A DNA stretch of 64,000 bases from Candidatus Campbellbacteria bacterium (GTDB taxonomy: Bacteria; Patescibacteriota; Minisyncoccia; Phycocordibacterales; JAXHMZ01): the NCBI GenBank assembly GCA_034521025.1, contig JAXHMZ010000005.1, forward strand, positions 126,796 through 190,795, read 5' to 3'. Of the stretch, positions 41,847 through 50,581 are shown piece by piece. The notes below the pieces were generated by a model, which ran no database searches, had not been told where the DNA came from, and saw only the letters and a program-made list of their open reading frames with translations. The number at the start of each line of letters is the position of its first letter. Position 1 is the first letter of the stretch. The position numbers and the translations under genes were made by a program.

Positions 41847-41948
41847 AAGATCAAACAAAACTAATTTGTGGTTGAAACTAAATTTTGGGTTTGATTAACT
41901 TGTAGAGTTCCGTGAGAAACATTTTTCTTCCAGAAGGAAATCATAATT

Positions 41949-41966
41949 ATGTTTCACGTGAAACAT
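41949..41966. promoter_or_regulatory. Perfect parS site (ATGTTTCACGTGAAACAT), just upstream of the tRNA-Gly promoter (TTGCTT-16nt-TATAAT).
   Basis: 18-bp perfect palindrome containing the 16-bp consensus parS. Confidence 0.65.
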
Positions 41967-42019
41967 AATATCAAAATTTGCTTCAATTCGAGCAACTGGT
42001 ATAATCTCCTAAGCCATTT

Positions 42020-42090
42020 GCGAGTATAGTTTAGTGGTAGAACGCATCCTTGCCAAGGATGAGACGGGAGTTCGATTCTCCCTACTCGCA
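42020..42090 (+). tRNA. tRNA-Gly (anticodon GCC).
   Basis: Acceptor GCGAGTA/TACTCGC, anticodon loop TTGCCAA, T-arm GGGAG-TTCGATT-CTCCC. Confidence 0.85.
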
Positions 42091-42274
42091 CCGTAATCCA
42101 AAAACCTCTTTGCATCTTGCGAGTCACACTACGCTGGGGAATGGCGAGAGCGAGCACATTTCTGTGCTCGCGCCGGCGGGGAATCGAAAAGATCGAGTAT
42201 ATCGTACGGAGCGACAGCGAGTACGATACGAGATCTCTACCGAATCTGTAAGATTCGATTCTCCCTACTCGCAC
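42091..42274 (+). mobile_element. Insert with a conserved ~72-nt module (42182..42253), ending in a 21-nt direct repeat (42254..42274) of the tRNA-Gly T-loop-to-3'-end.
   Basis: Module GAATCGAAAAGATCGAGTATATCGTACGGAGCGACAGCGAGTACGATACGAGATCTCTACCGAATCTGTAAG is nearly identical (3 mismatches) to the one at 44170..44243. Confidence 0.55.
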
Positions 42275-42421
42275 ACTAGAAAAATCCCTTTCTGCGGTGA
42301 TTTTACTTACTCTAGCGAGTAGACTTGTTGCACTGCGAGAGACTTAGGAGTTTGATTTAAAGCCCATATCGCTTGATTTTACAGCGTGCCTAGGATAATG
42401 TGGCTTTTGAGTTAGGTCTGG

Positions 42422-43324
42422 TTGTCAGATCTAAGCTGTACTTTCTCAGCCATAGAAAAGGAGAAGAAAATGAGTCGAAATTTTAGGGAGATGATCGGTC
42501 GGCATTGGTCTAGAGGGAATTTTGTTTGTGTCGGGCTTGATACTGACTTTGACAAAATTCCAAAGGTCGCCAAGGGCAACAAGAGCCATTATTCTCCGGA
42601 AGACATCTCCAGTGTTGTCGTCAGTTACAACAAAAGAATAATTGAGGCAACGCGAGACTTGGTCTGCGCTTACAAGCTAAACACTGCTTTCTACGAGAAA
42701 CACGGTGCTAATGGCTTGGACGCGCTTCGTCAGACGATCGACTACATCCTCGAAACCGCCGCAGACGTTCCCGTGATCCTAGACGCCAAGCGGGCTGACA
42801 TTGGCAATAGTAACGAGGCCTATGCAGAAGCAGCTTTTGCTTCTCTACGGGCAGACGCGATCACTGTTCATCCATACCTTGGTCATGCGGCACTTGAGCC
42901 ATTTCTGGCACAAAGAAACAAAGGGATCTTTGTTTTGTGTCGCACCTCTAACTCGGGAGCTGGTGAGTTTCAGGACCTCTCCGTAGGGAACAATGAGCCA
43001 CTATATCTCCGAGTTGCTAGAAACGTAGCTGACATTTGGAACAAGTACGGAAACTGCGCTCTGGTTGTCGGCGCTACTTTCCCCAAGGAGTTGGGCGAAA
43101 TTAGAAAAACCGTCGGGAATCTGCCGATACTCATTCCGGGTATTGGAGTGCAAGGGGGCGACTTGAAGGAGGTCGTAAATGCTGGCAAAGATAGCCGCGG
43201 TATGGGAATGATAATTAACTCATCACGCGGTATCATCTTTGCCTCAGAGGGCGACAATTACGCAGAAGCTGCGAGAGTAGAAACCAAAAGACTCCAAGGC
43301 AGGATCACTAGATACCTACTCTGA
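42422..43324 (+). CDS. pyrF: Orotidine-5'-phosphate decarboxylase (type 2). True start probably the internal Met (MSRNFREMIG...).
   Basis: ...VCVGLDTD... and ...VILDAKRADIGNS... motifs. Confidence 0.75.
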   Translation: MSDLSCTFSAIEKEKKMSRNFREMIGRHWSRGNFVCVGLDTDFDKIPKVAKGNKSHYSPEDISSVVVSYNKRIIEATRDLVCAYKLNTAFYEKHGANGLDALRQTIDYILETAADVPVILDAKRADIGNSNEAYAEAAFASLRADAITVHPYLGHAALEPFLAQRNKGIFVLCRTSNSGAGEFQDLSVGNNEPLYLRVARNVADIWNKYGNCALVVGATFPKELGEIRKTVGNLPILIPGIGVQGGDLKEVVNAGKDSRGMGMIINSSRGIIFASEGDNYAEAARVETKRLQGRITRYLL

Positions 43325-43340
43325 AGCTCTCACTTAAAAG

Positions 43341-43378
43341 ACCAGAGCCGCTGTGACTCAGAATAGCGGCTCTTTTTT
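43341..43378 (+). terminator. Rho-independent terminator after pyrF.
   Basis: AGAGCCGCT...AGCGGCTCT hairpin followed by TTTTTTG. Confidence 0.6.
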
Positions 43379-43407
43379 GTTGCAAAACTGTATTTTGTGT
43401 GTAAATA

Positions 43408-43437
43408 AATGCTTCAATCTATAGATTGAAGCATTTA
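43408..43437. repeat. Second copy of the 30-bp palindromic element AAATGCTTCAATCTATAGATTGAAGCATTT.
   Basis: Identical to 30860..30889. Confidence 0.5.
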
Positions 43438-43453
43438 AGTGATCGTTTTCAGT

Positions 43454-43469
43454 GTTTCACGTGACACAT
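43454..43469. promoter_or_regulatory. parS-like site (TGTTTCACGTGACACA, one mismatch). A perfect DnaA box (TGTGGATAA) lies 47 nt downstream at 43516..43524.
   Basis: Direct reading. Confidence 0.5.
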
Positions 43470-43609
43470 TTTTAACGCATTTAAGCCATATTTATAGGAC
43501 ATTTTGTGTATAACTGTGGATAAGTCTGTGAATATGTGTATAAAAGACATTTCTTTTTTGTCTCTAATGTCTTTTCTAAAACGCTTAACCACGCTATTCT
43601 AAATGGACA

Positions 43610-44001
43610 ATGCATCCATTAACGCATCTGGATATAGGACAAATCGGGGAAAATGCCGCGCTTCGTCATTATGAGAAAAGAGGCTTCAGATCAATACAGC
43701 AGAACTATCAAAAACCTTTTGGGGAGATAGATCTAATTGTAGAAAAAGATAAAAAATTGGTTTTTGTGGAGGTGAAAGAGTGTTTCATGTAAAACTTATT
43801 CGGATGTTTCACGTGACACACATAATCCCGCAGAGAATATTCACTTTAAAAAACGAAAAAGACTGCGCAAGACCATTGTCAGTTTTCTGTCGGAGATTCG
43901 ACGACGGTTTCTCGGAGTGGCGTTTTGACGTTGCATTGGTGCTAGTAAACACTAAAGTAAGACACTCTAGGGTGGAGATCATTGAAGATGTTGTGCTATA
44001 A
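43610..44001 (+). pseudogene. yraN: YraN/UPF0102-family endonuclease disrupted by a short insert carrying parS-like sites (43790..43820) and at least one further frameshift.
   Basis: N-terminal part ...GEIDLIVEKDKKLVFVEVKE then stops. The middle (ENIHFKKRKRLRKTIVSFL) and the C-terminus (RFDVALVLV...) lie in two other frames. Confidence 0.55.
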
Positions 44002-44061
44002 ACAACGACAGATTGAATTTTTTATCTACCGGTGATACTATCAGTTGGCGTAAACGCAATA

Positions 44062-44134
44062 CGGAGTGTGGTGTAACGGCTAACATTCCTGGTTTGGGAC
44101 CAGGCGATTCCGGGTTCGAATCCCGGCGCTCCGA
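44062..44134 (+). tRNA. tRNA-Pro (anticodon TGG), with a C1:G72 pair.
   Basis: Acceptor CGGAGTG/CGCTCCG, anticodon loop TTTGGGA, T-arm CCGGG-TTCGAAT-CCCGG. Confidence 0.85.
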
Positions 44135-44264
44135 AAGAAGTAAGGATAAGAAAAGCAGGGCTTTTCCAGGGATTCGAAAAGATCGAGTATATCGCACGGA
44201 GCGACAGCGAGTACGATACGAGATCTGTACCGAATCTGTAAGATTCGAATCCCGGCGCTCCGAA
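44135..44264 (+). mobile_element. Insert with the conserved ~72-nt module (44170..44243), ending in a 21-nt direct repeat (44244..44264) of the tRNA-Pro T-loop-to-3'-end.
   Basis: TTCGAATCCCGGCGCTCCGAA is repeated exactly. The module is near-identical to that at 42182..42253. Confidence 0.55.
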
Positions 44265-44363
44265 CGAATCCTCGCTTTTTCTTGACAAACACATGGTTTA
44301 ACAATACAACTAACGCTGGAGACGGTGGGTGTTCTTTCTAAAGAGGTTTGGAGGCTTGTCTAA

Positions 44364-44798
44364 ATGTTAGGTAAAGAAGTTCTCTGTATCGCGCATAGAG
44401 ATGATACGCTTGCTTGTTTAGCGATCGAGGCATTGGAAGCGTATAAAGGGAAAACAGATATACACTTCAAAACAGAGTTAGCTGGGAGTGTGAGTATCTC
44501 TGAGACCCCGTGTGTAGTTTTTGTTACCTTGAGCGAAAGAGAAATAACCGACAATGGTAGAACCACCACAGGGAGTCTGCGATTTAGGGGCAAATATCTC
44601 AAGATATTGGGAGGCAAGGAGATTGAGTTGTATAAGCCCGCATGGGCTCCGAATGCCTATATGGTGGTTGCTCTGAAAAACGAGCTAAAGACAGTGAAAG
44701 GGGACCCAAAAGAATCTGAGGCGTTTGGGCAAGCCATCATACACGTTTTTGAAGGAGGTAAGGGTAGAAAAATAGTTCGAGCTCAAAAAGATACCTAA
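44364..44798 (+). CDS. Hypothetical protein.
   Basis: 144-aa ORF with no recognisable motif. Confidence 0.35.
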   Translation: MLGKEVLCIAHRDDTLACLAIEALEAYKGKTDIHFKTELAGSVSISETPCVVFVTLSEREITDNGRTTTGSLRFRGKYLKILGGKEIELYKPAWAPNAYMVVALKNELKTVKGDPKESEAFGQAIIHVFEGGKGRKIVRAQKDT

Positions 44799-44847
44799 AC
44801 TTCTTGGACAAACTCCAGGTGGCTTGCATAGCCACCTTTAAATACAA

Positions 44848-44950
44848 ATGTCTTTTACAAATATTCTAAAGGACATATAATACAAGAAGTGTCCTTTAGG
44901 GCATCAACTATAAAGGACAAAATACTTATAAAGGACATAAAGGACAAATA
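44848..44950. repeat. Array of about six TAAAGGACA-type repeats in both orientations, ending at the mscS start codon.
   Basis: CTAAAGGACAT, GTGTCCTTTAGGG, TATAAAGGACAAAA, TATAAAGGACATAAAGGACAAAT. Confidence 0.5.
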
Positions 44951-44953
44951 ACA

Positions 44954-46027
44954 ATGAATTTAGATACAGTTATATTGGGAAATAATATAGAAGAATATTT
45001 ACTAGCAGTGGCCGCTACAATAGTGGTTTACGCTATTTTGTGGGTATTCAAACAAATTACTTTTTCGTTTTTAAAAAAGAGAAAAGATAAACTGGGTGGC
45101 GACGTTGGTTACGCCTTATTCGAAATGGCTTCCTACGTGAAGTTTTGGTTCTATCTTGCTATCTCCTTGTATGTTGGAACACAATTTCTAGAATTATCGG
45201 CGAGGGCTTCGTTGGTGTTTGAAAGGGTCTTTTTAGTGGCATTGGTAGCACAAGCAATTATATTGGGCTCAATTTTCTTGCGTTTTCTTCTCCGACAAAA
45301 GTACGCCAAAGGAAAGAGCGCCACTATCCAGTCGGCAGTTGAGATCCTATCTACGGTGGCAGTAGCGCTATTGTGGATACTCGGTGTCCTATTTGTCCTT
45401 TCTAATTTTGGTGTAGAAATTACTTCTCTTATCGCCGGCCTTGGTGTTGGAGGTTTGGCTGTAGCTCTCGCTCTGCAGGGAGTATTGGGTGATCTTTTCA
45501 GCTCTCTTGCTATCTACTTTGATAAGCCGTTCGAGGTGGGGGACTTTATTGAGTACGCAGGAAATTTCGGTACCGTGAAGCATATAGGAATGAAGACCTC
45601 AAGAATTGAGCTTCTTAGCGGGGAAGAGTTTGTAGTGACCAACCGAGAACTTTCTGATGGAAAAATTAGAAACTTTACGCGCTTGGAAGAATATAGAGAG
45701 TCTATGAACTTTGGTGTTACATATGAAACGTCTCTTGATAAGCTCGAGCGTATACCAGAGATCGTTCAGAGTATAGTTGAGTCCATTGATAAGGCGCGCT
45801 TCGATAGAACTCATCTGAGCGGGTTTGATGAATCAGCGCTTACTTTTACGACAATTTACTTCGTAGAGGATAATAATTATGACGTATATATGGACACCAA
45901 GCAAAAAATAAACCTTGAGGTATTGCGCGCTTTCGAAAAAGAGGGAATTGAAATTGCTTACCCAACTAGAACGCTTCACGTACAAAAGGAGTCTCCCTAC
46001 ACAAATTCTCAAGCTACTGATTCCTAG
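44954..46027 (+). CDS. mscS: Small-conductance mechanosensitive channel (MscS family).
   Basis: TM3-like GLGVGGLAVALALQGVLGDLFS. Beta-domain ...PFEVGDFIE..GNFGTVKHIGMKTSRIE.... Confidence 0.8.
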   Translation: MNLDTVILGNNIEEYLLAVAATIVVYAILWVFKQITFSFLKKRKDKLGGDVGYALFEMASYVKFWFYLAISLYVGTQFLELSARASLVFERVFLVALVAQAIILGSIFLRFLLRQKYAKGKSATIQSAVEILSTVAVALLWILGVLFVLSNFGVEITSLIAGLGVGGLAVALALQGVLGDLFSSLAIYFDKPFEVGDFIEYAGNFGTVKHIGMKTSRIELLSGEEFVVTNRELSDGKIRNFTRLEEYRESMNFGVTYETSLDKLERIPEIVQSIVESIDKARFDRTHLSGFDESALTFTTIYFVEDNNYDVYMDTKQKINLEVLRAFEKEGIEIAYPTRTLHVQKESPYTNSQATDS

Positions 46028-46318
46028 TTGGTAAATGTTATACTACGGATTATGAGTAACGATCAAGAATACAAATACAACGGCAACGAATATGAAACTC
46101 CGGAAGAGGCGGAGAGAAGGCGAGCGGCCGAAAAAGAGGCTCACCTTAATAGTCCCGACGAGATTTTAGAGGAAGCGGATTCTCTGGAAGAAAGCCAGAC
46201 CGTCCAAGGAGAGGTTGGCGATAACTTAACCGAACAATTTCCCACGAAAGATCAAACAGCAGGGGAGAGTGCGACAGGCGGAAAGGACGATGAAGAGTTC
46301 GGTTCAAGTGATAAATAG
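46028..46318 (+). CDS. Small acidic hypothetical protein.
   Basis: ORF only. Confidence 0.3.
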   Translation: MVNVILRIMSNDQEYKYNGNEYETPEEAERRRAAEKEAHLNSPDEILEEADSLEESQTVQGEVGDNLTEQFPTKDQTAGESATGGKDDEEFGSSDK

Positions 46319-46416
46319 ACGCGCTTTTGACTCGACCAAGGATTGATAAAGAGGTTTTGTTTTGCTACGATATCGTAGTATCTTAGCCACGACATGGTGG
46401 AAAACGGAGGTCGTTT

Positions 46417-46487
46417 GCGGGTATAGTTTAGTGGTAGAATGTCTGCCTTCCAAGCAGAAGACGAGAGTTCGATTCTCTCTACCCGCA
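46417..46487 (+). tRNA. tRNA-Gly (anticodon TCC).
   Basis: Acceptor GCGGGTA/TACCCGC, anticodon loop CTTCCAA, T-arm GAGAG-TTCGATT-CTCTC. Confidence 0.8.
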
Positions 46488-46542
46488 CATTACAAATTAC
46501 TGAGACATTTCCGTCAGGAAATGTACTCGTGGACGATTCTCT
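46488..46542 (+). repeat. 35-nt hairpin-containing spacer followed by a 19-nt direct repeat (46524..46542) of the tRNA-Gly(TCC) T-loop-to-3'-end.
   Basis: CGATTCTCTCTACCCGCAC is repeated. Spacer hairpin GACATTTCC-GTCA-GGAAATGT. Confidence 0.5.
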
Positions 46543-46631
46543 CTACCCGCACCTTATAGAAAATATTCTCTTTAGCCGATTTTCTCGCAATAAGCGGGTA
46601 TAGAGCGAGCAAACTGCAATAGCACACAAAA

Positions 46632-46662
46632 AAGCCCCATCTTGGGGCTTTTTTGTGTGTTC
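46632..46662. terminator. Bidirectional Rho-independent terminator, downstream of hup on the - strand.
   Basis: AAAAAAGCCCCATCTTGGGGCTTTTTTG. Confidence 0.65.
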
Positions 46663-46678
46663 GATGGGTTATCAAAAA

Positions 46679-46951
46679 CTATCGTACGGAATCCTTCAGA
46701 GCTTTTGCCGGTCGGAATTTCGGTACTCTCATAGCTGGAACCTGTATTTTCTCACCGGTGCGCGGATTACGTGCTTCGCGAGCCGCGCGTTTCTTAGCTG
46801 AAAAAATACCGAGCCCTGCAATGGATACCTCGTCGCCTCTTTTGAGGGCGTCCGTAATGCTGTTAACAAAGGTCTCAACAACTTCTTCTGCTTCCACCTT
46901 TGTTCCTCCTGTAACTTCCTGAACTTTGTTTACTAAATCTGCTTTGTTCAT
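46679..46951 (-). CDS. hup: DNA-binding protein HU.
   Basis: MNKADLVNKV... and ...RNPRTGEKIQVPAMRVPKFRPAKALKD. Confidence 0.9.
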   Translation of the reverse strand: MNKADLVNKVQEVTGGTKVEAEEVVETFVNSITDALKRGDEVSIAGLGIFSAKKRAAREARNPRTGEKIQVPAMRVPKFRPAKALKDSVR

Positions 46952-47121
46952 AATGTATTTAGAGTAATTGATAATGCGACTTGAAACTCTGACTTCAAGA
47001 ACTTATGTTTCTTTAACTAAAAAGCTCTCTATCAAGCCATACTTTATCTACCTTTAATTATAGTATACACACAAAAGCTTGCAAGAGCTCTCTCTATGGT
47101 TTTCTATATCCTGCCTTACTT

Positions 47122-48654
47122 CTATCTGGCGTATTCTATTGTGCGGGACTCGCGAATAACGTTGACCTTTATTTCTCCCGGGTAGCGCAACTCTCCTTCG
47201 ATTTTTCTTGCCAAATTTTTTGCCAGCTCCACCGCGTCTATGTCCGAGATATTTTCCGGAGTTACAAAAACTCTGATCTCTCGGCCGGCCTGTAGGGCGT
47301 AAGCTCTATCTATGCCATCAAAGGTCAGAGCCATATCCTCTAATTCAGAAAGGCGCTTGAGATAATTTTCTACCGAATCGCGTCTTGCTCCCGGACGAGA
47401 AGCGGAGATAGAGTCGGCAACTTGTACTATTTTTGCTTCCAATGTCTCGTAAGGATATTCTTCGTGATGAGCCTGCATCGCTTTTATGATCTCGGGCTTG
47501 GCTCCGAATTTTTCAAGAATACGTTTTCCTATTTCTACGTGCGATCCCTGAACTTCGTGATCAACCGCCTTTCCTATATCGTGAACAAGTCCGGCTGTTT
47601 TTGCTACTAACACATCAGCTCCGACTTCTTCGGCTATCATTCCGGCTAGGTGAGAGACCTCAATTGAGTGGCGTAATACATTTTGCCCGTAGGAAGATCT
47701 GAAATAAAGTCTTCCGAGAATAGACGTTATACGATTGTCTAGGTTGTAGATGCTACATTCATACACAGCTTCTTCTCCTTTTTCTCTTATTATCTGATTC
47801 ACCTCGGCTTGCGCTTTTTCTATTTCTTCCTCTATCCTGGTTGGCTGTACTCGTCCATCTAGTATTAGATTTTCCAAGGCAACCCTTGCTATCTGACGAC
47901 GGATCGGATCAAAGCTCGAAATCAAAATAGCGCCGGGAGTATCATCTATTATCAATTCAACACCGGCGGCTTTCTCAAACGTTCTTATGTTTCTGCCTTC
48001 TTTGCCGATTATTTTTCCTTTTATGTCCTCTGAATCTATGGATACAGAAGTGGACATTATTTCTGAGGCAACCGAGTTGCCTAAGCGGTGGATCGAGCTC
48101 ACCAAGACCTCTTTGGCTTTTTGTTGCATTCGTTCCTCACCTGAGATATCAAGCTTTTTGAGACGGTGCATCAGATCTTCTTCGTAATCGTGCTTTATTA
48201 CTTTGAAAATTTCTTCACGTGCCTCTTTTTCGTCCATATTTGAGATACTCGCGAGCTCTTGTCTTAACCTTTCTTCTAACTCTTTCGTTTCGTTTGAGTA
48301 AGAATCAAGCTCGCTTTGCTTCTCTTTCAGGCGAGACTCCTCGGAGTCCAGAGATAACTGCCTTTTGTCGAGAAGCTCTTCTTTTTTGATCAGGCGATCT
48401 TCAGTAGTCTTTCGTTTTTCGTCTGTGTTTTCTGCCTCCGTTTCAGCTCTTTCGCGAATTTCATCGGCTTTTTTCTGAGCGTCTGCGGTTATGTTTTTAG
48501 CCTCTTCTCGGGCTTCCAGAAGTATCTGTTTTACCTCCAGCTCCATAGACCCCCTTTTTCCTAGGGAAATGAGGAGGCGTAAAAAATAACCGACTGCGAT
48601 CCCGACAACAAGAGCAAATGCTACATAGAGGAGCAACAGTTCGTTATTAACCAT
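47122..48654 (-). CDS. rny: Ribonuclease Y.
   Basis: N-terminal TM helix, a long coiled coil, a KH domain, and an HD domain (...LVHDIGKA...). Confidence 0.85.
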   Translation of the reverse strand: MVNNELLLLYVAFALVVGIAVGYFLRLLISLGKRGSMELEVKQILLEAREEAKNITADAQKKADEIRERAETEAENTDEKRKTTEDRLIKKEELLDKRQLSLDSEESRLKEKQSELDSYSNETKELEERLRQELASISNMDEKEAREEIFKVIKHDYEEDLMHRLKKLDISGEERMQQKAKEVLVSSIHRLGNSVASEIMSTSVSIDSEDIKGKIIGKEGRNIRTFEKAAGVELIIDDTPGAILISSFDPIRRQIARVALENLILDGRVQPTRIEEEIEKAQAEVNQIIREKGEEAVYECSIYNLDNRITSILGRLYFRSSYGQNVLRHSIEVSHLAGMIAEEVGADVLVAKTAGLVHDIGKAVDHEVQGSHVEIGKRILEKFGAKPEIIKAMQAHHEEYPYETLEAKIVQVADSISASRPGARRDSVENYLKRLSELEDMALTFDGIDRAYALQAGREIRVFVTPENISDIDAVELAKNLARKIEGELRYPGEIKVNVIRESRTIEYAR

Positions 48655-48787
48655 AATTTTTTGTTTGTTTCAATAATCAATTCCACTGTTTAATAATAAG
48701 TAATTCAGCCTATTCTGTCTAATTGAGCAAATAATAAGGCCCTCTTTTCAAAAGAAGGCCTTATATTATCGTCTTTCTCTTCAGAAC

Positions 48788-49411
48788 TTATTTGTTGCTT
48801 GGTTTGGTGAGGACTTCGTCAATTATTCCGTAATCCTTGGCTTCTTTAGCTTCCATAAAGAAATCGCGCTCCACGTCTTTTTCTATCTTGGAAAGCTTTT
48901 GGCCGGTAAAGCCGGCTAGTAATTTGTTCAGTCGTTCGCGGGTTTTCAAGATGTGACGTGCTGTGATGTCTATGTCGGTGGCTTGTCCTGTGGCACCGCC
49001 GTGTGGTTGGTGGACCATAACTTCTGAGTTTTCCAGGGCAAATCTTTTTCCTTTTGCTCCGGCGGCAAGGGTAATAGCTGCTCCTGAAGCCGCAATTCCC
49101 ACACACACCGTTGAAACATCGGGTTTGATGTAATTCATCGTGTCGATCATTGCCATCGTAGAAGTTACAGCGCCACCGGGAGAATTAATGTAAAGAGAAA
49201 TATCTTTATCTTGATCCTCTTTCTGCAAAAATAGCAATTGCGCGATTATCGTATTAGCGACATCGTCGTCTATTGGTCCGCCTAAAAATACAATGCGGTC
49301 CTTTAGAAGTCTGGAGTATATGTCGTAAGCTCGTTCGCCGAACTGTTCTTTTTCGATTACTGTTGGTATTAACATGGATGTAATGTTACGTATGCTAAGT
49401 AGGGAAGTCAA
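48788..49411 (-). CDS. clpP: ATP-dependent Clp protease proteolytic subunit.
   Basis: ...[19 protein letters not shown]... and ...[13 protein letters not shown].... Confidence 0.9.
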   Translation of the reverse strand: MTSLLSIRNITSMLIPTVIEKEQFGERAYDIYSRLLKDRIVFLGGPIDDDVANTIIAQLLFLQKEDQDKDISLYINSPGGAVTSTMAMIDTMNYIKPDVSTVCVGIAASGAAITLAAGAKGKRFALENSEVMVHQPHGGATGQATDIDITARHILKTRERLNKLLAGFTGQKLSKIEKDVERDFFMEAKEAKDYGIIDEVLTKPSNK

Positions 49412-49450
49412 GCTAGGGCGCTAGTGCTTCGCAGTCCTATTTAAGCGTTT

Positions 49451-50581
49451 CTAGGAGTCTTGCTTTTGGTTTTCCAAGAACTCAAAAACGTTTTGATTAG
49501 CAAGTTGTGTTTCTACGTATGTCTCAGCACGCTCTCGCTCTACTTGAGGATTTTGCTCCAAGACTTGATTTATATGAGGTTCCATATCCTCTTTTTTCGG
49601 TAGAAGCTCTTCTTGGGTAGCGATCTTATTGAGCAATAATTGCATCTTGGCGCGCTTTTCAGCGTGCGGCCTCCATTCTTTTTTCAGCTCCTCCTCGGTT
49701 TTGCCCGCCTGTTTTAGGTAATCTTCCATTTTCATACCCGCTTGAGTTACATCTTGGGCAAATTGGGCCATCATAGAAGCCAACTCACTTTCAACGACCA
49801 TTTCCGGAATGGTAACTTCAGATTTCTCCAGGATTTTTTCAATAATAGCTAAACGATGTTTTTCGTTTGCCTGTTTCTCTTTATGGGTTTTGAGGTCTTC
49901 GCGCACTGTTTGCTCGAACTCTGCTACTGTCTTTGCGGGGGACACTTTCTGTATTTTTTCATCGGTTAGTGGCGATGGCTCTTTTTCTTCACTTTCGCCT
50001 GCTCCACTTTCGCTTGTCTCGTTGCTCTCACTTTCTTCTTTATTTTCTCCTTCGGATTTCTCTTCCCCTTCGCCGGCATTTGCTTGCTGTTCGCGCTTGT
50101 CCAATTCTTTCCTTACTTCCAAGAGTGCCTTCTGAACTTCTTCGTCGGTTACTGTTACTTCTTCTTTATCCTTATTCACCTCAGCTGCAATTTCTTTGTA
50201 GTCGGGAATCTCAACTTTTGGCATTACTGCTGTGTGAACCGTAAATTCCACCGGATTGCCCGGGGCAAGTTTGTTGAAGTGTACGTGAGGACGTCCAAAG
50301 ATATCGAGTTTTTCTTCTCGAACAATTTCCGGATAAATTTCATTTAGCGCGCGACTTGCCATTTCTTCGTAAATAGCACTTTCCGATACGTGTTTTTTGA
50401 GAACATCTTCAGGTACATTTCCTTTACGAAAGCCATCTATAGAGACATTTTCTGAAAAAAACTTTAGTGTTCCTTCTTTGTGTTTTTCTACTTCCTCGGA
50501 AGGGATGCTTCCCGAAATTGAGATCTCTCCTTTTGAGTCGTCTTTTTCTACTTTTACGTTATATTTTTCAGTTACAGACAT
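49451..50581 (-). CDS. tig: Trigger factor without a recognisable FKBP/PPIase domain. An acidic low-complexity insert sits in its place.
   Basis: N-terminal ribosome-binding domain (...GFRKGNVP...). tig-clpP synteny. The middle region is Glu/Ser-rich. Confidence 0.75.
   Translation of the reverse strand: MSVTEKYNVKVEKDDSKGEISISGSIPSEEVEKHKEGTLKFFSENVSIDGFRKGNVPEDVLKKHVSESAIYEEMASRALNEIYPEIVREEKLDIFGRPHVHFNKLAPGNPVEFTVHTAVMPKVEIPDYKEIAAEVNKDKEEVTVTDEEVQKALLEVRKELDKREQQANAGEGEEKSEGENKEESESNETSESGAGESEEKEPSPLTDEKIQKVSPAKTVAEFEQTVREDLKTHKEKQANEKHRLAIIEKILEKSEVTIPEMVVESELASMMAQFAQDVTQAGMKMEDYLKQAGKTEEELKKEWRPHAEKRAKMQLLLNKIATQEELLPKKEDMEPHINQVLEQNPQVERERAETYVETQLANQNVFEFLENQKQDS

Noticed and set aside
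41630-42300. tRNA introns (group I or BHB) as the explanation for the sequence downstream of the tRNA genes.
   Set aside because: The upstream copy of each tRNA is already complete and foldable through the discriminator base. The extra sequence lies 3' of the mature end and ends in a duplicated 3' segment, so it is not an intron interrupting the tRNA.
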